A DNA stretch of 64,000 nucleotides from Rebecca billardiae RCC1528 (Eukaryota; Protista; Haptophyta). Position numbers and translations under genes: made by a program. The notes beneath the pieces are model-generated. The model was given only the letters and a program-made list of their open reading frames with translations. It had not been told where the DNA came from and searched no databases. The stretch covers positions 558,001 through 622,000 of the forward strand of contig OZ251254.1 in NCBI GenBank assembly GCA_965240325.2. Reading direction: 5' to 3'. This document shows, one piece after another, positions 29,865 to 40,732 of this stretch (position 1 is the first letter of the stretch; each line of letters begins with the position of its first letter).

Positions 29865-31378
29865 TTACTGATCCGGATCCGGGGGGATTAGTCGGTCGCG
29901 CGCAGGTGCTTGAGACGCTGCGATGATGGCGGATGGTCTGCCGAGATCCTTCGATCGCCCCAGTACATGCACGCCGAATAACCCGCCGCCAAGCATAGAG
30001 AGAGAGAGAGAGAGAGAGAGAGCCAGCGCGCGCGCGCGCGCGCAGCACGACTGCGGAGCAGTGATGTCCGCGCCCCTAAGTCGGCCTCACGAGACGGCAC
30101 TTCACAGTTCACTGGCGGCCTCCGCGCCGCGCGCTTCGGCCGCGGTCCGGGTCGCCGACAGGCGGCCACGGCCGGAGTGTCTAGCAGCCGTAGTTGCTGA
30201 TCATCGGCGCGGCGGTATAGCAGTCGTCGTGCTGATGAACTGAAGCATCAGACGACTGCTACCGGCGCTATTATAGTATATGTACGACCGCGCGCATCTG
30301 CGTGAGTAGAATCTGCGTCAGTACAGCAACGGCTCTGACTAGCGTAGTCACTGATGCTTATTGATATATAATAATATATATGCGCGCGATGTTTATATAT
30401 ATAGGCGGACGCGAATATAATAATCTGATGATAGATCCTGCGCGCCACACGGACGCGCTAGTGCCCGTCGTTGATGATCATCAGGCGGCTATCAGTCGGA
30501 CGCGGCAAGTACGGTCGTAGTCATTATACGCGCGCTTGCTGCGGGCCGTCTCGGGATGATGAGGCTACCGCGCTGATGCGGTTCAGTCGGAGCCGCTACT
30601 GACGCCAGCCAGGTCGTCGTTATAGTGAGCCAGCAGTACATAGAGTAGCAGCCGCCTGCATGGCGGTTTGTAGTACTCGCGCGATCGAGAGCAGGCGGTC
30701 CGGTTGCGATCTCAGCTCGTTACCGCGCGTGAATAAGAGAGTCCCGGCCTTTGGTCGAGGTTGCACCTCAGCCACATCGCCGAGGGCGCGACCGACGACA
30801 AAGAGGCGCGCGCATACTGCCAATATTGAGTGCCATCGCGGCATCAGGGCCCACCAATGCGGGCGAGCCGCGAGGCGCCACGTGAGTTGCGGGCGTGTCA
30901 CACTGCGCCGTCAGCATCAGGACCGCATCACTGAGACGGAGATACAGCACTGACCGATATACCGTGGGGTGTAGCCATCAATATACTGCGGCACACGGTA
31001 CACTGCCGATACCTTCGTCAGGCTAATAATGCAGATACCACGCCAAAGCAGGGGACTCACTCCACTTGGACTACGTGCTAGTGTAGCTACTATACAGTAC
31101 TCATGCTGCCTACTACGTGATTCCGAACTGCCGGTTATCGGTGCCTGTGATTGCATGCGCGGTTGAACAGGCGACGGCCTGGCGGCCCCAGTTGTAATAA
31201 GTTGCAGCCCACTGGCCACTGGGCGTGGTCCAATGGCTTAGCAGGGCAGTCAGTGCTAGCTACGCAGCCACATCATGCAGCGCTACCGGCAGCCCGTGCT
31301 GAGCGGTAACGAACTTCACTGTTGCCTCCACCACCCACCCCTGGCAACGTACAAGTGGAGCGTCGCGAGAGGCGCGCG

Positions 31379-32857
31379 TCAGTAGCGGACACGAGCACGC
31401 CAGGCTGTCTCAACGCGCGTCAGTAGTGTTTCGATCCGCGCAATGGGCTTGGGATTCTCGGCGCCCATGCCGAGGCCGCGCGCAGCCGACCGTCCGCCGC
31501 ACGAGTACACGCTGCCATCCGCCGTCACAAACAGCGAGCAGCAGTAGCCCATGGCACAGCGCGCCACGCGAGCCTGGGCGAGGGTGCTCACACGGTCGGG
31601 AATCGGGGAGGCCTTGCACCTGCGCCCATGCCCGAGCTGGCCGCACCCGTTGTTCCCGAACGTGTGCACGCTGCCGTCCGCGTCCAGGACCGCGCTGGTT
31701 TCGGAGCCAGCATACACGCGCACAGCGCGCACGCCAGCCAACGCCTCGATGCGGCTGGGCGTGGGCTGAACCCGTCCGCCATCGCGCCCGAGCTGGCCGG
31801 AGGTACTCTGTCCAAAGGAGTACACCAGCCCCTCCGCGTCCGCCACCAGGCTGTGCGCGTAGCCCGCGCTCACATGCACTGCGCGCACGCCCGCGAGCGC
31901 CTCAATGCGCCTCGGCGTGCGCTGGCTGCGCCTATCGCCGTGGCCGAGCCGGCCGGTCTGACCACCGCCACATGAGTACACGGCGCCTTGAGCAGATAGA
32001 AGCAGCGTGTGCCCCCAGCGTGCAGACACGCCGCCCACGCGCACGCCCTCGAGCGCCTCGATGCGCGTCGGCTCCAGCCGGTCCTTCTTGTCGCCGTGGC
32101 CGAGCCGACCATCTTCGTTCCAGCCCCAGCTGTAAGCACAGCCGGCAGCGGTGAGCGCGAGGCTGTGGCAGCTGCCCGCGGCGATGCACACGCTGATCTC
32201 GCCCGCGAGCGAGCGCACATGGGCAAGCGTGTGACGCGCCGTCGAGTCCCCCAGCCCGAGCTGGCCAAAGTCGTTGTAGCCGCAGCCGTACACGGCGCCA
32301 GCCTCGCTCAGCGCGAGCAGGTGGTGCCTGCCAGCGGCCACCGCGCGCACGCGCACCGCTGACAGCGAGGGCACGCGCGTCGGCACACGCCGCGCTGCTG
32401 GCATGCCCGCGTGGCCAGTAGCATCGTGCGGACCATACGCCAAACGGCCGTCTTCAACCCCTTGCTCCTGCTCGCCACACGTGTGCAGCCCGCCGTCCGC
32501 GTCCACAAACGCGCTGAAGCCCCAGCCGACATCGTCATCGTCGGTCGCCACGGGGGACGAGTGCGCGCACGCGAGCTCGAAAACACGCTCGCGCGCGAAC
32601 AGCTCCTCTATCCACGTGCGCACGCCCGAGGACAGCGACGCCCGCAGAGCGCGGTCGTGCCCGCGCGCACGCGCGCGCTCGCGCAGCGCGCGCTCGACCG
32701 GCGAGCACCCGCCGGGCGGCGCAGCGTGGAAGAGGCGCGCGGTGGCGTTCAGGCTGGCGAGGTCGCGCGGCGGTAGGGACGAGATGATGCTGTCGAGGGC
32801 CTTTGGCGGCAGGTTGTCGAGCGCGAGGCGCGGCGTGCACGTCCGTGCCGTGGCCAT
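31379..32857 (-). CDS. F-box-like/RCC1-repeat protein (paralogue 3)
   Basis: LDNLPPKALDSIISSL F-box-like motif; FSAFVDADGGLHTCGE and RCC1 repeats shared with paralogues 1 and 2; intronless; likely ATG at 32857. Confidence 0.88.
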   Translation of the reverse strand: MATARTCTPRLALDNLPPKALDSIISSLPPRDLASLNATARLFHAAPPGGCSPVERALRERARARGHDRALRASLSSGVRTWIEELFARERVFELACAHSSPVATDDDDVGWGFSAFVDADGGLHTCGEQEQGVEDGRLAYGPHDATGHAGMPAARRVPTRVPSLSAVRVRAVAAGRHHLLALSEAGAVYGCGYNDFGQLGLGDSTARHTLAHVRSLAGEISVCIAAGSCHSLALTAAGCAYSWGWNEDGRLGHGDKKDRLEPTRIEALEGVRVGGVSARWGHTLLLSAQGAVYSCGGGQTGRLGHGDRRSQRTPRRIEALAGVRAVHVSAGYAHSLVADAEGLVYSFGQSTSGQLGRDGGRVQPTPSRIEALAGVRAVRVYAGSETSAVLDADGSVHTFGNNGCGQLGHGRRCKASPIPDRVSTLAQARVARCAMGYCCSLFVTADGSVYSCGGRSAARGLGMGAENPKPIARIETLLTRVETAWRARVRY

Positions 32858-33373
32858 GGCGTCGATGAGCGCGAGAGCGGGCGGAGCTGGGGTGCCTTGT
32901 CCAGCGGGTGGACAGGGCAAACGGCTGTGCCGGCGCGCCGCGCCGAGAGGCGGCAGCGCCGAGCGAAATCGCCGAGCGATCAGCGATCACGCCAAGGGGT
33001 CCGGATAGTGAGAAAGAGTGGCAGTGGCTGACCAAAATTCCTTTCGGGGCTGACGACGACAGTAGTGACGAGACTTGTCTGACTTGACGCGGACGGGCGT
33101 GCTAAACGACTGACCGACGGCCGGAGCCCAGGCTTGGCAGTGGGCGCTGACGTCTGGTACTGCGCATCGGCTGTGCCGACTGGCGCGGTACCGTCGGGCC
33201 CCTCCGCGGATGGTCGCTCGGTCGGACGGCGGGGCACGCCCGCCTGGCACGGCGCACGCCGCGCGGCACCCGGCTCGTGGATCGGACATCGGTGGATTCT
33301 TTGGCCATGCCGGGCGGGCCTGACAGCCTGCAATGGCTGAGCCCGGGCCCAGGCGGCGCGCCGGCGTGGGCGC

Positions 33374-35394
33374 TCAGCCCGCGCGCTTCAGGATCGTGTG
33401 CCGCTCGGTGAGCGCCTTCGTGATCTCGACGCACAGCACGTACCAGTGCCCCTCGTCGATCGCGCCCGGCGGCGCCGAGCCGCGCAGCCGGTCCGGGTGA
33501 TAATCGACCAGGGCGTGCACGACTGCGCGCTGGATGTTTTCGGCGCGGAGGCGCGCGGTGTCGACGCGCGGGGAGCCCTTCGCGCGGGGCGGGTGGGTGG
33601 AGTAGATGTGCGCGAGGAGCGAGTACACGTCGCGCGACGCGCGGCGCAGCGCCGCGAGCTCGGCGGCGAGGTCGTCCGCGCCCGCGGCCGCGCCGGGCGG
33701 CGGGTCGGCGCGCGGCGTGCGCGCGCGCGCGCTCGGCGGCGGTCCCTTGATGCCCGGCGGCCCTGCGGAGCGCGAGGCGCGGCGGCGCGGCTCGGAGCGG
33801 CTGCGCGCGGGCGAGATGGGCGGCGGCGCCTCCGCGCTCGCCGAGTACACCGGCGGGCTCATCGGCGGCGGCGGCGGCGAGCCGCGCGGCGGCGAGGCGG
33901 CGGCGCGCGGCGGCGGCGGCGACGGCGCGCTCGCGCGCGGCCGCGGCGGCGAGCCGCGCGCCGCCTGCGGGGCGGCGGCGGCGGCGGCGGCGCGCGCGGC
34001 GTGCTCGGCGGCGTCCTCGATGGTGGGCGTGGCGTGCGCGTGCGCGTCCTCGATGCGCGCGCGCCCCATCGGCGAGCCCGCGCTGCCGTCGCCCTCGCCC
34101 GCCAGCGACGGCGGCTCACCGCGGCCGCCATCGCTCAGAGGCCACGCGTTGAGACCGAGCAGAAACACCGCTCGGCCGAGCAGCAGCGGCGCCAGGTGAG
34201 CGCCGTCCGGCGACGACTCGACGGCGGCGGCGAGCTGCGCGAGCGCGAGCGCGGTGTCGAGCGGCCCGCGCGGCGGCGCGTGCGGGCCGAGCCGGCTCGG
34301 CACCAGCGCGCCGCCGCGCCACAGGCCGAGCTCGTCGTGCGCGAACTTGAGGCCAGCCAGCGAGGGCTCGGCGGCGGCCGCGGCCGCGGCGGCCGCGGCG
34401 CCGCTCGCGCCGGCGGCGTGCGCTGCAAGAGTCCCCTCTGGCGCGCAGAGGCGGAGCAGCTCGAGCGCGCGCTGCGTGAGGCCCTGCGCCGCGCGAGGCG
34501 GCGAGGGGAGGGCGGCGCGCGCGGGTGGGCGCCGCGCGGTCAGGCCGGGTGGCGCGCGCGCGCGCGCGACGGCCGCGCCGCGCGCCGCCGCGCCGCAGTT
34601 TGGCGCGGCGGCCGCGCTGCGCTTCGGTGTGGCGCGCGGCCGCGCACCTCGCGCGCGTAGCGGTGCGAGTGCAGCGCGGCGACGAGCGCGCCGAGCTCGC
34701 CGGGCGCGCGCGAGGCGGCGGCGGGCGCCGGGATCAGCACGCCGAGCGGGTCGGCCATCGTCTCCGGCTCGTCCGCGTTGCGCGCGCGCGGCGAGGCGGG
34801 CGGGCTCGCCGCCGCGCCGACTTGCGCAAAGACGGCCGCGTGCTCGCGCGTCGCGAGCGTGCCGCGCGGCAGCGCGGCGACGAAGGAGCGGACGGCGGCG
34901 GCGCGCTCGGCGGGCTCGAGGCGGGTGCTCGCGCTCACGAAGCGCGCGACCGCCTCGCGCAGCCGCTCGCCCACGCCGCGGAGCCACGCGTCTTCGGCAT
35001 CGGCGCCGGCCGCCGCGCCTTGCGCCGCGCGCGTGCGCGCGAGCGCGGCCTTGAGCAGGTGGGTCGAGGCGAGGCGGAGGTGGGCGAGCTCGGCGTGGTC
35101 GGGCGTGTCCGCGCTCGCGCGGCGCGCCTCGTGCAGGTGCGCCACGCCGAGGTTCTTCTCCGCGAGCGCGAGGTCGGCGAGCGCGAGCTCGGCGCCGTCG
35201 GCGTCGCGCGAGTCGGCCGCGTCGGCGCGCGCGGCGTCGGCGGCGGCGACGGCGGCGGCGTAGCGCGTGCGCGCCTTGTCGAGGTGGGACTCGCGCAGCC
35301 CGGGGCTCAGCCCGGGCGTGACGCTCTTCTCGAAGTGCGCGTTCGCCTCGCGGCGGAGCGCGGCGGAGTCGGAGGGCAGGTGCGCGGTCGTCAT
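33374..35394 (-). CDS. Helical/TPR-like protein with C-terminal J-domain-like HPD motif, 2 exons
   Basis: Exon 35394-34648 (LRREANAHFEK..), GT-AG intron 34647-34484, exon 34483-33374 ending HALVDYHPDR...WYVLCVEITKALTERH. Confidence 0.7.
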
Positions 35395-35873
35395 TGGGCG
35401 ATTGGAGCGGCCTGATGGGCTCTTGCGGTTCGTCAGTGGGTAGCGCGCGTTTAAGGGGGGAGTGGGGATAAAGGCATGTTCGACGAAGTGGCCGGAGCGC
35501 CGCATACAAAAACGAGCGCGGTCGGCACCTTCGTACCCGATTCGGGGGTTGTCATTGGCCCACGCCGCCCAGCCGGTGCGGCGAACCGGTGCCAACCCAG
35601 GCTAATTGCCTAATTGGGCGTCCGTCAACTAGTCAACTACCCGGACGTAGTCCTGCAAGGAAAATGCGCTTTTTCGAAAATGAAATGCACGGCTCGATTT
35701 CGGCGCGCATTTGTCGCGACGGGCATTTCTCGGCGGCGAAATTCATCTCCCGGATTCCATAGCTCCCGGACCGGCTCCCGACCGGCACAGCGCCTTCGCG
35801 CGAGAGAGCCGGAAGCGGCAAAGCGCCTGCCGCCCTGCCCTGCTGGCCGCCCGCTCCGCGCCGCTTCGTCGCG

Positions 35874-37199
35874 ATGGCACGGACAGCGGTGTGGCGGGCG
35901 ACAGAGGCGGTGGCCGTGCAGCGCGCGCCGCGCGCGGCCGGTCGCGCCTTCTCCGCCGCGCACAGCTCGCGCGCGCTCGCCGCCGCGCAGCGCGGCGCGC
36001 CGCGCGGCGCGCGCGCCACGCCCGGCCTGCCGCCGCCCGCCCGCCCGCCGAGCGCGCTGCGCGGCGCGCGCATGCTCGCTGCGGGCGGCGGCGGCCCGGA
36101 GGACGCGATCGCATACGCGCGTGACACCGGCGTGATCGGTGGCGGCGGCGGTGGCGGCGGCGGCGGTGGCGGCGGCGCGGCCGGCGGGTACACGTGCCCG
36201 CGCTGCGGCGCGCCTCTGTCGCGCTACTGGGCGCAGGACCGCTCGTGCTGGACGTGCGGCACGTGCCGCGAGGTGTACTTCCGGCTGGGCTCCTCGATCG
36301 TCGGCGCCGGGCCCGCCGACGCCGCCGCGCCCGTCGCGGGCGCGCCCGCGCCGCCCGCCGGCTCGTCGGCCGCGGCGGCGGTCGCGGCGGCGCGTCAAGG
36401 AGGTGCAGCCGCAGGGGGGCGGCAGCGCGCGGGGCAGGCGGCTGCGCCGGGCGGCCCGCCGACGCACGCGCCGCCGTTGCACGCGCCGCCGTTGCACGCG
36501 CCGCCGTTGCACACCGCGCCCGGCGCCGCGCCGGCCGACGCGCCGCCCACGCCACCCTCGCCCACGCCGCCGCCATCGCACGCGGCGCAGCCGCCGACGC
36601 AGCCGCCCGCGGCGCCGCCCGCGGGCCCGGCGTCGGAGCCGCCGCCTTCGCGCGGGCCGTTGCCGCAGCCGCCGGGGCCGCACGTGCACCTGCCCGGCGG
36701 CACGGGCGGCGCGGGCGCGGTGGGCGGCGGCGTCGGCGCCGGCAGCACCACCGGCACCACCGCCGACTGGTCCGCCGCCCTCGCGCCGTCCGGGCCTGGT
36801 GCCTCAAGCGGCGCTCCCGTCACGCTCGCCGAGCCGCCGCCGCCGCAGCAGCAGACGCCCGCGTCGCTGCGCGCTGAGCTGGACAAGTGGGTGATCGCGC
36901 AGAGCCACGTGAAGCGCACGCTCTCGGTGCGCGCGCGCGGCGCGCGCGGCGCGCGCTGCATGCGGCGCGGCGCGGCGCGCGCGCGCGCCACCGCCGCGCC
37001 GGACGGCCCGCCCGCGGGCGCGCGCGCGCCCGCCCCCGGCCGCCGCCCTCACGTCCGCGCGCGCCGGTCGCCTGGCGTGCCTGGCACTCGCGCCGCGCAT
37101 CGGCCGCGGCGCGGCGCCGCGCGCAGGTCGCGGTGTACAACCACCTCAAGCGCCTCGCGCTGCAGCCGGCGCAGCCGCAGCCGCCGCCGGTGCAGCGCA

Positions 37200-37230
<31 letters not shown>

Positions 37231-40082
37231 GCCCGGCGGCGGCACGCCGCCGCCCTCGGCGCCGCCCGGCTATGGTGCCAGCCCTGCCGCGCAGCAGGCG
37301 CAGCCGGCGGCAGCGGCGCAGCCGGCGCCGGGCGGCGTGCCGCCCGTGCCGGCGCTGCAGCTCGGCCACGGCCTGCTCGACGGGCCGGGCGGGCCGCACG
37401 GGCCGGCGCCGAGCGCGCCGCCGCCGCCGGCCGCGCCCGCGCCGCCGCCCGCCGCGCCCGCGGCTGCAGCGCTGGCCGCGCACGTCGCGGGCGCGTCCGC
37501 CGCGGCGCGCGCGGCGGCGGCGGCGTTGGCGCGCGCGGCGTCGGCGCCGCCGCTCCCGCACGGCGTCGCCCCCATCGACGACGACGACGGCCAGACCGAG
37601 CTCGACAAGTCCAACGTCCTGCTCATCGGACCGACCGGGTGCGCCGCGCCGCCGCGCCGCCGCGCCGCCGCGCCGCCGCGCCGCCGCGCCGCCGCGCCGC
37701 CGCGCCGCCGCGCCGCCGCGCCGCGCCGCCGCCGCGCCGCCGCGCCGCCGCGCCGCCGCGCCGCCGCGCCGCCGCGCGGCTGCGGCTGGCGGCTGCGCGC
37801 GGCTCTGCGGCTGCGCGTGTGGGCGTGCAGCCCGCGCGCGTGGCTGCGTGGCTGCGTGCGTGTGCGTGCGTGGTGCGCGTGCGCGTGCGCGTGCGTGTCG
37901 GCACCCGCTGCGCCGCTGGGCGCGCGCGGCTGCCGCCGCGCTCGCGCCGCGTGCGGCTGCGTGCCGGCACGGCGCCTGCTGAGTGTGGGCGGTGTCCGGC
38001 GCCCGCGCCGCGCGTGGCTGGCGCGCGCAGCTGCGGCAAGACGCTGCTGGCGCGCACGCTCGCGCGCGTGATCCACGTCCCTCTCGTCATCGCCGACGCC
38101 ACCAGCCTCACACAGGTGTGTGCGCGTGCGCGTGTGCGTGTGTGTGTGCGCGTGCGTGCGTGTGCGTGTGTGCGTGTGTGCGGCGGGTGCGCCGGTGGCG
38201 CGGGCGGTGTGCCGGGCGGTGGCGGCAGCAGCGGCACAGCCGCGGGCACGCGCGCTGGCGCTAGGTTGGTGGGCGCGGGTGGCCTGGGTGGCACCCAAGG
38301 GCTCGGTGCAGGGCCACGCCTCGCCCCGCGCCGTGCCCTCAGCCGCCGCGCCGCACCGCCGCCGCCCGCCTGACCGTGCCCTGCCCTGCGCCGCCCCCTC
38401 CGCTGCGCGTCCGCCGTGCGCGCCCGCGCGCGTGTACGCACCCCGCCGCCCCTTCCCCCCGCGCGCAGGCGGGGTACGTAGGCGAGGACGTCGAGTCGAT
38501 CCTGTACAAGCTGTACCAGGCGGCGGGCGGTGACCTCTGCCTCGCGCAGCAGGGTATTGTCTACCTGGACGAGGTGCGGCGCGGCGGGGGCGGCGGGGGC
38601 GGCGGGGGCGACGGGGGCGGCGGCGGGGGCGGGGGCGGTGGGGGCGGCGGTGGGGCGCGTGTGCGCGGCCCCCGCGGGGGCGCGGGCTGCGTGCGCCGCC
38701 GTGTGTGTGGTGCTGGCGGCGCACGCACACACACACACGCACACGCACACACACACACGCACACACGCACACACGCGCACACACGCACACACACACACAC
38801 ACGCACACACACACACACGCACACACACGCACACACACACACGGCACACGCCGCGCCGCCCCCGCGCCCCCGCCCGCCCGCCCCCGCGCGCGTCAGGTGG
38901 ACAAGATCGCGCGCCGCGCGTCGGGCGGCACGTCGTATCGCGACGTCTCTGGCGAGGGCGTGCAGCAGGCGCTGCTCAAGATGCTCGAGGGCTCGCTCGT
39001 CTCCGTGCCGGAGAAGGGCGCGCGCAAGTCGCCGCGCAACGAGTTGATGACGATGGACACGTCGAACATTCTCTTCATCTGCGGCGGCGCCTTCTCCGGC
39101 CTTGAGAAGATTCTCGAGGAGCGGCTGGCGGCGAAGCGGATTGGGTTTGGCAGCCCGGCGCAGGCCAGCTCGGCCGAGCTGGCGGCGCAGGTGGATCGCG
39201 AGCAGCCCACCACGGACGACCTGGTGTGTGCGTGTGTGCGCGTGCGTGTGCGCGTGCGGCCGGCCGGGTGGCGAGCTGCGCGCTGCCGCTGCCGCGCCCG
39301 CGCCCGCCCCCCTCGCCCCTCGCGCGCGCCTCCCCGCATCCCCTCCGCCCGCCCTGCTGCCCGTTGCCTGCCCCCTGTGTGCCCCGAAACACCACCCGTG
39401 CAAACTCACGACCACGCGCGCGTGCACGCGCGTCCATCCCTGCTCCCCGCGGCCGCCTGCCTCCCAGGTGCAGTACGGCTTGCTGCCCGAGTTCATCGGG
39501 CGCTTTCCCGTGCTGGCGCGGCTCGACTCCCTGGGGGAGGCCGAGCTCGTGCATGTGCTCACGCGCCCGCGCAACGCGCTGCTCAAGCAGTACCGGACCA
39601 TGTTCGGAGCGGAGGGGCTCGACTTGCACTTCACGCACGAGTGCGCGCTGTGCGCCCGCAGCGCGCGCTCGCGCGCAGCACAAGCGCGCGCGCGCCGCAC
39701 GCCGCTGCCTGAGCGCCGCGCGCCCGCGCGCGATCGCGCCGCGCGTGCGCGCCGCGCAGCGCCCTTGCGGAGGTGGCGGCGGTGGCGCTGCAGCGGCGCA
39801 CGGGCGCGCGCTCTCTGCGCGCGATCGTGGAGGGGCTGCTCAACAGCTCGATGTGCGCGCAGCGCGCACGCGCACCGCCGCGCGCCGCGCGCGCGCGGCG
39901 CGGGCGGCGCATGCGCGCGCTGGGCGGAGGCCATGCGGGCAGGCGGGCCGCGCCAGCGGCGCAGAGGGCCGGCGGCCGCTGAGGCGCCGGGACGCGCACA
40001 CACACGCGGACGCGCGCCGCCGCCGACGCGCCGCGCACGCGCGCACCTCACGCGCCGCCCGCACTCGCGCCGCGCCTCCCTC

Positions 40083-40115
<33 letters not shown>

Positions 40116-40426
40116 CGCTGCCATCCGTCCGCCCGCGCGCGCGCAGGTACGATGCGCCGCAGTGGGCGCGGGCCGGGGTCGAAGTGGTCCTGGTCGATGG
40201 CGCGGCGGTGCGGGCGCACGCGGCGCCGCTGCTGCTGTCGCGCTCGGAGTTCTTCGAGCCGGGGTTCGACGCGGAGGCGGCGCGCAGGAAGCAGCGCGCG
40301 CGCGCCACGGACACGGCGCCGAGAGTGGGCGGGCCCGCGGGCGGCGCCGACGAATCGGCTGCGGCGGCGTCATCAGACGCAGACGCGGACGGCGCAGAGT
40401 GCGAGCCGGAGCAGTCGGCAGTCTAG
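35874..40426 (+). CDS. clpX: ATP-dependent Clp protease ATP-binding subunit ClpX, mitochondrial type, 8 exons
   Basis: Exons 35874-36926, 37127-37638, 38031-38115, 38469-38573, 38897-39223, 39468-39640, 39760-39852, 40147-40426. They give CPRC..CGTC zinc finger, [67 protein letters not shown]. Arg/Ala-rich presequence. Confidence 0.95.
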
Positions 40427-40732
40427 CCGCGAGCGGCCTCGATCGCCCTCGGGCGGAGGGCGCTGCGCCCCGTATGCGCGTAGTGCCCAGAGGCTATCCT
40501 TGCTGACGGTCGAGACCGTTGCCGCGCAAAGTTGCGACGGCGGTCGCCGTCGGCCGGCCATCGTGAAAACGTGCTCAGCGCGGCTCGACGACCAAGTCCG
40601 GGGGCACAGTGCACACGTCCGGTGCCGGAGTGGAAGATGCCAGCAGGGCGTCCCGTGCCGCCAGGGCCCAGGCGCGCACAGCGAGCTCTCGGCCGGGCGC
40701 GAGGCATCCCGCGGCGCATCACGCGGGCCGTG

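Noticed and set aside
37640-37776. (GCCGCGCC)n translating as RRRAAAPP repeats
   Set aside because: An 8-nt tandem repeat inside ClpX intron 2, not coding.
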